In this document: positions 34,592 through 46,829 of the stretch, in pieces | Numbering within the stretch: position 1 is the first letter of the stretch | How the letters are laid out: the number at the start of each line of letters is the position of its first letter | DNA from: Narcine bancroftii | Taxonomy: Eukaryota | Direction: 5' to 3' | Assembly (NCBI RefSeq): GCF_036971445.1 | Contig: NC_091480.1 | Location: 13,392,001 to 13,456,000, forward strand | Length of the DNA: 64,000 nucleotides | Position numbers and translations under genes: made by a program | The notes under the pieces: model-generated | The model's database searches: none | The model's input: the letters and a program-made list of their open reading frames with translations, nothing else | What the model was told of the DNA's origin: nothing

Positions 34592-36432
34592 ACCATATAA
34601 CCACTTACAGCACAGAACAGGCCAGTTCGGCCCTACTAGTCCATGCCGTAGCAAATCCCCACCCTCCTAGTCCCACTGACCAGCACCCGGACCATACCCC
34701 TCTAGTCCCCTCCTATCCATGTAACGATCCAGTCTTTCCTTAAATGTAACCAATGATCCCGCCTCGACCACGTCTGCCGGAAACTCATTCCACATCCCCA
34801 CCACCCTCTGCGTAAAGAAATTTCCCCTCATGTTCCCCTTATAATTTTCCCCCTTCAATCTTAAACCATGTCCTCTAGTTTGAATCTCCCCCACTCTTAA
34901 TTGAAAAAGCCTATCCACATTTACTCTGTCTGTCCCTTTTAAAATCTTAAACACCTCTATCAAGTCCCCCCTCAATCTTCTATGCACAACCTTTCCCTGT
35001 AACTCAGACCCTGAAATCCTGTCAACATTCTCGTGAACCTTCTCTGCACTCTCTCTATTTTGTTTATATCTTTCCTATAATTTGGTGACCAAAACTGTAC
35101 ACAGTGCTCCAAATTTGGCCTCACCAGTGCCTTGTACAATTTCATCATAACCTCCCTACTCTTGAATTCAATACTCCGATTTATGAAGGCCAACATTCCA
35201 AATGCCTACTTCACCACACCATCTACCTGAGTATCAGCCTTGAGGGTACTATTTACCATAACTCCTAAATCCCTTTGTTGCTCTGCAATCCTCAATTGTC
35301 TACCATTCAATGTATATGACCTATTTAAATTTGCCTTTCCAAAATGTAGCACCTCACATTTATCTGTATTAAATTCCATCAGCCATTTCTCAGCCCACAC
35401 CTCCAGCCTTCCTAAATCACCTTTTAATCTACGGTAATCTACCTCACTGTCCACAACACCACCAATCTTTGTATCATCCGCAAACTTGCTTATCCAATTC
35501 TCCACCCCTACATCCAGATCGTTAATATATATAACAAATAACAGTGGACCCAGGACCGAACCCTGAGGAACTCCACTAGTCACCGGCCTCCAATTGGACA
35601 AACAATTTTCTACCACTACTCTCTGACACCTCCCATCCAACCACTGCTGAATCCATTTCACTACCTCTTTATTTATACCTAATGCCTCCACCTTTTTTCC
35701 TAACCTCCTGTGGGGAACTTTGTCAAAAGCTTTACTAAAGTCTAAATAGACAACATCCACAGCTTTCCCTTCATCAACCTTTTTTGTAACCCCCTCGAAG
35801 AACTCAATCAGGTTTGTAAAGCATGATCTACCCCTGACAAAACCATGCTGATTACTCCCTATCAATCCCTGGACCTCCAAAAATTTGTAAATAGCATCCC
35901 TCAGAACACTTTCCATCAACTTGCCCACCACAGACGTCAGACTTACAGGCCTATAATTCCCAGGTTTGCATTTGGACCCTTTCTTAAAACAGAGGAACCA
36001 TATGCGCCACCCTCCAATCCTTTGGCACCACCCCCGTGGCCAGTGACATCCTAAATATCTCGGTTAATGGCCCCACTAACTGTCCACTAGCCTCCCTGAG
36101 TGTCCTAGGGAATATTTAGTCCGGTCCGGGAGATTTATCCACCTTTATCTTTTTTAACACAGCCATCACTACCTCCTCGGTTATCCTTATATGCTTCATG
36201 ACCTCCCCACTATTTTTCTTTACTTCAACTGGTTCAACATTTTTTTCCCTAGTGAATACCGAGGCAAAGAAATCATTCAAAATTTCCCCCATTTCCTCAG
36301 ACTTCTCACTCAGCCTACCCTCACTATCTACAAGGGGTCCAATTTTATCTCTCACTAATCTTTTACTTTTAATGTACTCATAGAAACCCTTTGGATTTAT
36401 TTTTACTCTGTCAGCCAAAGCCTCTTCATGCC
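34592..36432 (-). mobile_element. 5'-truncated CR1 LINE (RT domain) in the intron of the Myb/SANT pseudogene
   Basis: KSPGPD, QHGFVRGRSC, DFSKAFDKVPH, GVPQGSVLGP, FADDTK; few lesions; tail GTGCTGTAAGTGGTTATATGGTT. Confidence 0.95.
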
Positions 36433-36714
36433 TTAAACTTGACTGGACTTGCCGCTCCACTGCAAGCATTTGACAGTTACTCCAGCTGTGCTGAAGCAGT
36501 TCAACCAAAGCTGGGAACTTCTTGCTGGGAAATTGGAAATGAACAGCTTCATTTCATTACCAGTGCCCTATTTTGATTCATAATACCATTCTTTTGCTCT
36601 CCCAAATTATTTCTCTTTAGTTGGTCAATTTATCACAAAATTACACCATATTCAGCTGGATTTTCTTTGTAGGTATAACCTAAAATATACTTCAAAAGAG
36701 TATTAACCAATAAT

Positions 36715-37275
36715 CAAAAGTTGGTGATGGAAAATGCGCTGACTGGGTGCATCACAATCTGGTATGGGGACACCAATACCCCTGAGCGTATACCCGGGAA
36801 AAGGTAATGAACAGTCTAGGACATCACAGGCAAGACCCTCCCTACTATCGAGCACATCTACGTGGAACGCTGCCACCGGAGAGCAGAGGCAATCATCTAG
36901 GATCAACACCACCCAGGACATGCTCTATTCTCGCTGCTGACATCAGGAGAGAGGTGTCGGTGCCACAAGACCCGCACCACCAGGTTCAGGAACAGCTGCT
37001 CCCCCTCCACCATCAGACTCCTCAACACAAACTCAATCAGGGACTCATTTAAGGACTCTTACTTGTACACTTTATTGATTTTAAAAAATTCTCTCTATAT
37101 TGCACAGTCGGTTTGTTTATATTCATTATCTGTTTACAGTTCTTTATTTGTTTACATGTATGCAGTCTGTACATTTTTTGCACAACCAATTAGTAGTAAT
37201 TCTGCCTTGCCTGTAGGAAAAAGAATCTCAAGGTTGGATGTCATTTATGTACTCTGACAATAAATCTGAAAACTC
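36715..37275 (+). mobile_element. Rex1/Babar-type LINE 3' part
   Basis: LTGCITIWYG...HHPGHALFSLLTSG...TRFRNSC remnants. Confidence 0.8.
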
Positions 37276-39050
37276 GAAAGTCTACAGACACTGTGATTGA
37301 AGTAAAAGCCCAATTTTGGACAAACTCAGCAGGTCAAATAGTGTTCTCTACAGTATATACTGTAGCAAAGTTAAAGATACATTACCAACATTTCGGGGTT
37401 GAGCCCTTCTTCATGATGAAGGCTCAAGCCCAAATCGTTAAGTTTAGAATGTGTTTTCAATTAATAGTTATTTGGCAGAATTGGATAAATAAAAATAATT
37501 TAGGAAAATGCAATTTTTGCAACAGTTTAGTTTGACTGTAATTTCAAGGTGCATTGTGACGACAATGAACTTTTTTCCTGTCACATGACTGACTAATGTC
37601 TTCTATTACCTGTGTGTTAACAAATATGGTTTGTCAGCAATCTATACAAGATATCCAGAGCTCCGCTCTTAATGCAAAATTCACAGCTGATACTGTAAAA
37701 TGTTTCACCTAAACAAGTTGGCTTTTTGGATTCTTCTGTTTTTATGCATAATTTTTTTTAAAAAAGCACATTTCCCATGTCTTGCTTTCTTGCTAAGTAT
37801 TTCCAGTAATTTTAATTTCATTAAAATGCTTCAATTTTGCTTATTCACAAAATTAAAGTCTTTCACTAGTCTGTGTTCATACTTCACAAGATTCAAGAAC
37901 AATTCATTTCCTGCCTTGTCAGAATCCTGTATAAATTTCACACCAATAAAATAATGATGCTTTTTCTCTGTTCTAACAGATCTCTTTCTCTGTAATTCTG
38001 CACTCCGTATTGTGTTTTAACTGCTGTTCTTTGTACGGCTGAATGAGCTGGACTGCTCGCAAAACAAACTCTTTTTGTACCTTAGTACATGTGACAATGA
38101 ACTTGAACATGAAATTCAAGACCCTATTTCAAGATGTGGAAGAGAAAATTACAAACAAAACTGTGTCAAACATTGTATAATGAATATATTTTAATAGGGA
38201 AAGATATGTGTAAAACAATGGAAAGATTGATCCTGCTTAAGTACAATTTTAGTTACTTAGTTTGCAATTCAGTACTAATTTAAGCCTTTTTTAAAATTAA
38301 ATTATTTGAATGGGTGAAGTAACATTTTCACTTAACTTGCACTTTTATCATGAAATAAATACTTCCTAAATTTTATTCAGTAAATAAATGAATATATTTG
38401 ACCAAATTTACATGGTAAAGTAAGAGGGCAATTTATTTCTCCTTAATATACAAGATAGGATCAGGTGCATTGTTAACTTCCAGTTCCTAAGATTTATGTT
38501 CCACTATTATCTTCATTACTGACAAAAATCAAGTACTTCTACTGCTGAAGTGAACAGAACTTGGTAATATGAATAAAGTTATGTCTTTACAAAAGACATC
38601 ATTTATGTGATAAGTTCATTGTTGCCCATGGATCTTTAGTACTCAACCGTAACTATTAAAAATGTGGATTAATTATTTTAATCAAAAGATTTTAAGAATA
38701 CCTAACATAATTTAAGAAATTATGTTTAAATTTATCTTTTTTTCTTTCCTCCTTTGTACAACTGTCCTCTTTTCGTCCTGCTGGAAACCACCCATTCATA
38801 TTTACACTTGCTTCTCTAACCTTCCACCTCATTATTATTGTAGTTCATTCTGCTTGGTTGAAGAGATATCTTTCTTCAGTTCAGACACCATACCTCGCAA
38901 TTATTTAGTATTTTGGCAGGGATGGAGAGGTGGTGAATAACTGCTACTGAAAGTGGTCTGATATATAAGCAAAAAAAGGTTTCTGATATATTGGTGTGTA
39001 TGATCAGGAGTATTATTTATACATGATTATATTATGATTATATTATTTGT

Positions 39051-39299
39051 ACGGTGCATCTTGGCGCCTCACAGTTTGGCGGGCAGCAACCTCCTTTGAA
39101 GAAGACCGCAGAGCCCACCTCACTTACAAAAGGCAAAGGAGGAAAAACCCAACACCCAACCCCAACCAACCAACTTTCCCCTGCAACCGAGTCTGCCTGT
39201 CCCACATCGGACTTGTCAGCCACCAACGAGCCTGCAGCTGACGTGGACATTTACCCCCTCCATAAATCTTCGTCCGCGAAGCCAAGCCAAAGAAAAAGA
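39051..39299 (+). mobile_element. RTE LINE 3' end with 11-bp TSD
   Basis: TSD ATATTATTTGT at 39040-39050 and 39300-39310; ASWRLTVWRAATSFEEDRRAHL...HQRACS. Confidence 0.9.
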
Positions 39300-39789
39300 A
39301 TATTATTTGTCCACAGAGACCATTGATGATGTGAAACAGGAAGATATTGGTTCAAATGTCGATGTGGATTATTCTTCACCAGAAGTTGGATCTCCACTGA
39401 TCTTTCGAGAACCAAGTCCATTCCAGTGGCAAGGAAAGAGGGTACATAAGCAGATTTCTGAGGAAGAACTTCTAGGGATCCAGGAGCAACACAATAGATT
39501 ACTTGGGGTTGGAAATGATGAGTTACATGGAATCAGACAGGAACTGAAAGAGCTCCGAGATGATATTCGTGAATTGGCCACCACCATCAGGCAGCCCCTA
39601 GAGCAACTGGCAAATTGAGTGCAAGCTCTCCTTCCACCGCTGCACCATCCTCCTCATACTCAACCATCAGAGATGACCACCTCCTTCACACAGCACGATA
39701 AACCGACTTCAGAACCTAATGAGCTTCTATCCTTTCATCGCCAGACACACCGAAAAACCAGTAAAAGAGCAAAGCTGAAAGTATAATAA

Positions 39790-40355
39790 AACCAGAAAAT
39801 GCTGGAAACACTCAGCAACTCAGGTAGTATTTGCAGGAAGGGAAAGGGTTGATGATTCAAGTTTGGGACCATCATCAGAACAAGGAAAGTGAGCTCTCCC
39901 AGTGGCCACTTGTTTCAATTCTCCGCCCCATGCCCTCGCTGATATGTCTGTCCATGGTCTCGTGCACTCCCAGACTGAGATCACCTGCAAATTGGAGGAA
40001 CACCACCTCATGTTCCATCTGACCACCCCCCCCCCCCTAACTACTTGGCATTAACTTCAACTGATTCGGTTTCTGCTTATCTATCCTTCTTTCCCCATTC
40101 CTCTCTCTCTCTTCTTTCTTTCATATCTGCATTCATAGAGTCGTCCCTCCTTATCCTCTCTTGTCCTAACCATGTCCCATTACCATGTTTTGTCTGTTGA
40201 TCTATGCTCCACCCCCTGCCCTTTTATTCAGGCTCCTGCCTGCACTTTACTCATACTTTAAAGGGCTCAGGCCTGAAACAAAAGTTTTATATCTTTACCC
40301 CCCTATAGAAGCTGCAAGTCCTGCTGAATTCCTCTAAGCATTTCTTTGTATTTAC
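39790..40355 (+). mobile_element. Penelope-like element remnant with inverted terminal copies
   Basis: CTCTCCCAGTGGCCACTTGTTTCAATTC and KLEEHHLMFHL remnants; AATGCTGGAAACACTCAGCA...CCTGCTGAATTCCTCTAAGCATT ends. Confidence 0.65.
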
Positions 40356-40443
40356 AAAGAAAAACCAAGTTTTGATAATAATTTAAACTTCTCTTTTAGG
40401 AATATCATCCTTGAAGATGTTCTCCTCTGCCCTTCACTAGACC

Positions 40444-40643
40444 NNNNNNNNNNNNNNNNNNNNNNNNNNNNNNNNNNNNNNNNNNNNNNNNNNNNNNNNN
40501 NNNNNNNNNNNNNNNNNNNNNNNNNNNNNNNNNNNNNNNNNNNNNNNNNNNNNNNNNNNNNNNNNNNNNNNNNNNNNNNNNNNNNNNNNNNNNNNNNNNN
40601 NNNNNNNNNNNNNNNNNNNNNNNNNNNNNNNNNNNNNNNNNNN
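40444..40643. other. Assembly gap (200 N)
   Basis: Run of exactly 200 N, likely a fixed-size scaffolding placeholder. Confidence 0.99.
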
Positions 40644-41047
40644 TAGCAGGCAAAAGGGAATTTCCCTTATTACATGTGTCATAGGACACTATTTTATTAC
40701 TGTAATAATAAATTGAATCTTGAATGATGTGGAAAGGATATTCTGTTACCAGAACAAATTTTGATGTTTTCTAATTCAGGATAAATAGAGTCTTCTGAAA
40801 CAATGGCTTTTGCAGGGAGGCATGGATGGTTTGTCTGAAGCTTGAATTGACGGTAGATCAGAGCATGAAATAGTCTCTTTACCCAGTGCCATTCACTAAG
40901 ATCTTGGGGTTGAACATTGGAAAATTGGGAGGAAAATGGGAGTTAAGGCCAAACATCGGGTTGGTTATGATCTTTACAACTAACTCCATTAGGTTGCACA
41001 AGGAATGAGCAAGATTGTGTTATTCTAGTTTCTGATTATTTGTAGTA

Positions 41048-41524
41048 CACTGGACAACAAATTATTTTCAAAAGGAATGAACTTTTGTTGAATTTAGCAT
41101 GTTCAGTTATTTTAAATGATGCGTCAGTTCAACTGACCTAAAAATGTTCTGCTGCTGACTTCGATTTGTACTCAGCATCTGATGCCTCTCGTGTCAGTGT
41201 CCAACAAAAGTCGGCCAGCATTGATGGATTCCAATTACCCTGATGCAGCTTTTCTATGGTCGCAATGTTCTGGTGAAACCTTTCACCGTGTTCGTCACTG
41301 ACTGCACCAAGATCAGCAGGGAAGAAGTCCAAGTGCGAATGACAGGTTGTACATCATGGTTTTGTATGCCTGAAGTAGACTTAAAATAGGGCAGGAAATC
41401 ACAAAAATAGGTTATATAAAATGGAATGTGTTAGGAAAGTTTTAAGGTGATATTCGTGATCAGCAGCCCAAAATCCATAAGATGCGCTCATGTGTTCAGG
41501 AAGCAAAATCTTCATTGTCCAGTG
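41048..41524 (-). mobile_element. Non-autonomous Chapaev3-like DNA transposon
   Basis: TIRs CACTGGACAA...TTGTCCAGTG; ORF remnant [55 protein letters not shown]. Confidence 0.75.
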
Positions 41525-42648
41525 TAATTGGTAATCTCAGTGGTCCCATGAGGTTAACCCTGCAACAAGAATTCTTCTTTTGAGATTTAAATTCTGAGTT
41601 TTGTGATTAGTGATGGAGCAGATTTACTAACCTCAGGGAAGCTGATCTGTTTGGGACTGCCTCTGATCTATTGGCCCCTGCCATTGACATCATGTCAGAA
41701 TCCGTTGTAGATTGCAACCACACAATCATCTGTGTTCTATCTGGTGGGGCAGCCAAACCCATTGGTAAATTCTTTCAGATGATTAAACCAGGAAGTAATC
41801 AGAAAGCTAAATAAAGATTTGAGTGTATTCATGATGATAGTTTGAAATATAAACTATTTAAAGTTCATTCTTTCATAAAATACTGTATCTCTAAATTTAA
41901 GAATAAAACATTGAATCAGTATGGGTGAACTTACCTGGATCACATGCAAAACAAGGCTTTTCCCTTGGTATACAGGATGATAACAGCATTGACCAATGAT
42001 AATGGCTCAGTTTTGTCTCTATTATGACATCATGATCTGTTGAGTTTGATCCCCAGCCCCGCTGTTAGCAAAGTGTAATAAGGGCAAAGAGACATAATCA
42101 ATGTCAAACTGACTCCCATTGACCCATTTGACCTGGTCTCACCCTATGCAGATATCTCTTTCTTCCACCTTCACTGAAACTTTTAAAACCATCTTTATAA
42201 AATCTCTAATTTTTTTGTTCTGACAAAATATTTCTAACTTGAAATATTAACTCTTTCACCCCCCCCCCCCCCCAGTCCCCCTACAAATGCAGTTTGAATT
42301 GTTAATTGATTCCAGAAATTTTCAATTTCTGATATCTGCAGTTTTTTTAAAAATTGCTAATTTTGGGTCTTATTTTCTTTGTGTACAAAGAAACATTTTG
42401 GTTTTTTTTTTGTTGTTGCTCATTTGTTGTATGAATTGGAGGAGGTTAATTTTACTCTCTGCTCTGAATAAGAGTGTTTTATTGAACAATTGGACACCAA
42501 AATAGGAACTGGGCGAGGTATCAAATTAATATTTTGCATTGGTAGTCACTGAGGAAAAGGACATGGAGGACGGTGATATGGATGATAGTGTGGAGAACAT
42601 AACGTGTTCAGTTCTGGAAAGAGTTGATGCTGTGACTTTTAAAGAGCA

Positions 42649-43470
42649 TTCTTCTTTGGCTTGGCTTCGCGGACGAAGATTTATGGAGGGGGTAAAAAGT
42701 CCACGTCAGCTGCAGACTCGTTTGTGGCTGACAAGTCCGATGCGGGACAGGCAGACACGATTGCAGCGGTTGCAGGGGAAAATTGGTTGGTTGGGGATGG
42801 GTGTTGGGTTTTTCCTCCTTTGCCTTTTGTCAGTGAGGTAGGCTCTGCGGTCTTCTTCAAAGGAGGTTGCTGCCCGCCAAACTGTGAGGCGCCAAGATGC
42901 ACGGTTTGAGGCGATATCAGCCCACTGGCGGTGGTCAATGTGGCAGGCACCAAGAGATTTCTTTAGGCAGTCCTTGTACCTTTTCTTTGGTGCACCTCTG
43001 TCACGGTGGCCAGTGGAGAGCTCGCCATATAACACGATCTTGGGAAGGCGATGGTCCTCCATTCTGGAGACGTGACCCATCCAGCGCAGCTGGATCTTCA
43101 GCAGCGTGGACTCGATGCTGTCGACCTCTGCCATCTCAAGTACTTCGACGTTAGGGATGTAAGCGCTCCAATGGATGTTGAGGATGGAGCGGAGACAACG
43201 CTGGTGGAAGCGTTCTAGGAGCCGTAGGTGGTGCCGGTAGAGGACCCATGATTCGGAGCCGAACAGGAGTGTGGGTATGACAACGGCTCTGTATACGCTT
43301 ATCTTTGTGAGGTTTTTCAGTTGGTTGTTTTTCCAGACTCTTTTGTGTAGTCTTCCAAAGGCGCTATTTGCCTTGGCGAGTCTGTTGTCTATCTCATTGT
43401 CGATCCTTGCATCTGATGAAATGGTGCAGCCGAGATAGGTAAACTGGTTGACCGTTTTGAGTTTTGTGTG
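42649..43470 (-). mobile_element. RTE LINE 3' part inserted into an older CR1 fragment (~42540-43650)
   Basis: Open frame AEVDSIESTLLKIQLRWMGHVSRMEDHRLPKIVLYGEL...HKRVCS. Flanks rejoin as CR1 TTAAAGAGCATT|AAAGTGGATAACTCCCC. Confidence 0.92.
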
Positions 43471-44989
43471 AAAGTGGATAACTCCCCAGGGCTTTATGGA
43501 ACATTTCCCAGATTATTAAGAAGCAAGTGAGGAGATTGCTGGGACCTTGACAAATATCTTTGTATCATTGCTACTGGTTGGCAAGGAGGTTCTGGAGCAC
43601 TGGAGAGTAGTCAATGTTGTTCCTTTGTTCAGGAAGGGAAAATGGTACTTCTCCCCTATCGACGACACAATAAAACATTTTTTTTTTTAAATTGTTACCT
43701 GAGGTGAAAAGAAAAGAAGGCTTTTACTTAAATTTGCTGTGGTCCTGTTGAGAATGGCTGCTCTTGACAGACATGTGAAGGGAATGGAGAGAGATCTAGT
43801 ATGTGTAGATCGCAGAGTTTTGGTTTAATTTGGGCATCATATTCAGCACAAGGCATTGTGGGTTAAAGGGCCTGTTCCTGAGCTGTATTGCTCAATGCTT
43901 AATTATGATAATTATTGTACTGTGACATAATGCTTCTGTTAAATGAGGCCTGCCGCTCCTAATGAGTGTAATGCTATACTGCTGGCCTATAGTATTTTTT
44001 TATTTGGTTTCTTTCACCATCTGTAATTAACATGGACCTGAAGAATATTTGGTAAGATTCTATTTCTAGGCAAGATGAAAGATGAGGACCTTTTTTCCAT
44101 TATATTCTCGCTGTTTTTCTGGGGAGATTTTGGTTGTGTACTCCATATTATAAAGAGTGCACCTTGTAGAGCCAGTCCCTCGCAATGCCTAACCCTAACC
44201 TGGGGAAGAGCCTAGCAAATGCACAGATAAAGAAGTTAGAAAAGAAGCCAAAGAATTGAATGAGTGAAGTTCTGCATTGTGGGGAGATTTCTGTTTGTAC
44301 ACAAGAACAATGAATTTTTGGAGTAATTTTGAGTTCAGGTGCTGATGGTGTGGAATTTGCAAGATCTCCCTGGCACCGCATGGATTTTCCTCTGGTGCCC
44401 TGGTTTGCTATCTCAACCCAAAGATCTGTGGGTTAATTGGCCACTATAAAATTGCCCTCAGTGAGTGGTAGAATCTCGGAAGAGTAAATGGGAATGTAAT
44501 GTAAATACTGGATTGTTAGTGCAGACTCAGTGGGCTGTAGGACCTGTTTCAATGTCAAATGAGTCTGTAGTTATTGTGCAGGTTAAAGATTTGAGTGAAG
44601 CAAATATCTGATTTAATTATTTCAAAATACAAGTTTATAATGTGATGAGGGTTTTCTGCTCTAAGGTTAAGGTGTCAAAACGGGAGTATTTCTCCTTGAA
44701 ACAAAGAAGGTTATGACATTTGATTATAGATATACAAGACCATACCTGGTTCAGATAGATATCCACAGTAATTCAGTGGCATTATATCATCTCATTTCTT
44801 TTGGTTTCACAATCAACTTCTGTTCCTATTTGTTTAAATCATTAAATCAGTTAAAACTTTAAAATGGGTTCTACCGCTATTGCTTAATTATTAAATGATT
44901 ACTTCTCAGCAATAAATGCCGTAGTCTTGAGACTCAGAGCGTATAACAAACATGTGTAACTTCCTGAAGATGACCATGTTAATTGAGTT

Positions 44990-46090
44990 GAACCTTTTAA
45001 GTTCCTGGGAGTCCTTATTTCAGCAGACCTTTCCTGGAACCAGCACACTAAGGCAACATTGAAGAAGGCACATGAGCACTTTCTGAGGAAGTTTGGCATG
45101 TCTACCTTATCAAACTTCTGTAGGTGCACTGTGGAAAGTATACTGACGGAATACATACAGCTTGGTTTGGGAATTTGACTGCCCAGGAACACAGAAGATT
45201 TAGATTAGATTTCAGATTTATTCTCAGAGTACATACATGACATCACATACAATCCTGAGATTCTTTTTCCTGTGGGCGAGGCAGAATTACCACTTACTGG
45301 TAGTGCCAAATAAAACTAACACAATGCACACATGTCAACAAAGAAATATAAACAAACTGTGAATCACAGAAAAAAATCAATCAAGTGTAAGTGTCCTTAA
45401 ATGAGTCCCTGATTGAGTTTGTTGTTGAGGAGGTCGAAGGTGAAGGGGTAGCAGCTGTCCCTAAACCTGATGATTTGAGTCTTGTGGCACCTATACCTTT
45501 TTCCTAATGTAGCAGTGAGAACAGAGCATGTGCTGGGTAGTGTGGATCCTTGATAATTGCTGCTTCCCCTCTAATGGCAGCAGTCCCTGTAGATGTTCTT
45601 GATGGTGGGGCATTTTTTTTTCTTTCTGTGATCTCCTGAAGGTTTTAAAAGAGATATGTCCATCACAGGCACCAACCTCCATTCAATTGAATGCATTTCT
45701 GTAAGATACTCCCTCAAAAAGGCAGGCAACATCGTAAAGGACCCCCATCACACTGATCGCAACCTCTTCTCACTGCTGCCTTCAGGCAGAAGGTATAGAA
45801 ACCCGAAGACCAGCATCTCTAGGTCCAAGAACCATTTCTTTTGAACAGTTATCAGGTCCTTGAACCTCCTTTATTACACTAATCAGCGACTGCTCTGACA
45901 TCACAAGAGGACTGTGATTTTTGGAGAATATTTATTACTTAATTTTGGTATTCTCTCTTTTTCATTCAATTAAATATACTGTTGTCGTTTTTGAAGTTTG
46001 TTTTTATTAAGTACCTGTTCAACTGCAGAAAATATGAATTTTTGAGCATATGTACATTTGACAATGTCTGTGACAATAATCTCATTTTCA
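44990..46090. mobile_element. Nested Rex1/Babar fragments (+ copy interrupted by a - copy at ~45205-45620)
   Basis: KAGNIVKDPHHTDRNLFSLLPSGRRYRNPKTSISRSKNHFF on +; inverted copy with a CAGATTTATT tail. Confidence 0.7.
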
Positions 46091-46188
46091 TTAATCATAC
46101 TCCTGAGCCTCCAAGTTGTGGATGCCTAAGATGAATATGATTTTTTTTCCATTCAAATCATATTATTTTAATAAATCATAGAATTAAG

Positions 46189-46829
46189 CGTATACAGAGC
46201 CGTTGTCATACCCACACTCCTGTTCGGCTCCGAATCATGGGTCCTCTATCGGCACCACCTACGGCTCCTAGAACGCTTCCACCAGCGTTGTCTCCGCTCC
46301 ATCCTCAACATCCATTGGAGTGCTTTCATCCCTAACGTCGAAGTACTCAAGATGGCAGAGGTCGACAGCATCGAGTCCACGCTGCTGAAGATCCAGCTGC
46401 GCTGGATGGGTCACATCTCCAGAATGGAGGACCATCGCCTTCCCAAGATCGTGTTATATGGCGAGCTCTCCACTGGCCACCGTGACAGAGGTGCACCAAA
46501 GAAAAGGTACAAGGACTGCCTAAAGAAATCTCTTGGTGCCTGCCCCATTGACCACCGCCAGTGGGCTGATCACGCCTCAAACCGTGCATCTTGGCGCCTC
46601 ACAGTTTGGCGGGCAGCAACCTCCTTTGAAGAAGACCGCAGAGCCCACCTCACTGACAAAAGGCAAAGGAGGAAAAACCCAACACCCAACCCCAACCCAC
46701 CAATTTTCCCCTGCAACCATGTCTGCCTGTCCCGCATCGGACTTGTCAGCCACAAACGAGCCTGCAGCTGACGTGGACTTTTTACCCCCTCCATAAATCT
46801 TCGTCCGCGAAGCCAAGCCAAAGAGAAAG
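46189..46829 (+). mobile_element. RTE LINE 3' part with 9-bp TSD
   Basis: TSD AGAATTAAG at 46180-46188 and 46830-46838; near-identical reverse complement of 42649-43300. Confidence 0.92.

Larger units (their letters stand above)
33589..39786 (+). pseudogene. Disabled two-exon Myb/SANT-like DNA-binding protein gene (Myb_DNA-bind_5; NAIF1/TSNARE1/MYPOP-like), exons 33589-34026 and 39317-39786
   Basis: 33592 onward reads AQEDAAHRRKLNFNEDETEVLICELTLIQEQLFGRGDTKIPARAKNKIWHSILAKVNAVSKCTRDIGDIKKRWYYM. Lesions: CCC-ATcG-GCG (start broken by one extra C), CGGTCTA duplicated (33827-33840) giving TAA, and TGA at 39616. Donor G|GTGAGG (34026) and acceptor CACAG| (39317) are both phase 1. Confidence 0.75.

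Noticed and set aside
39616-39618. TGA as selenocysteine or programmed readthrough
   Set aside because: No SECIS recognisable downstream (a Penelope remnant follows), context is not TGA-CTAG, and the gene has other disabling lesions.
40405-40689. ORFs spanning X runs
   Set aside because: Artefacts of the N gap.
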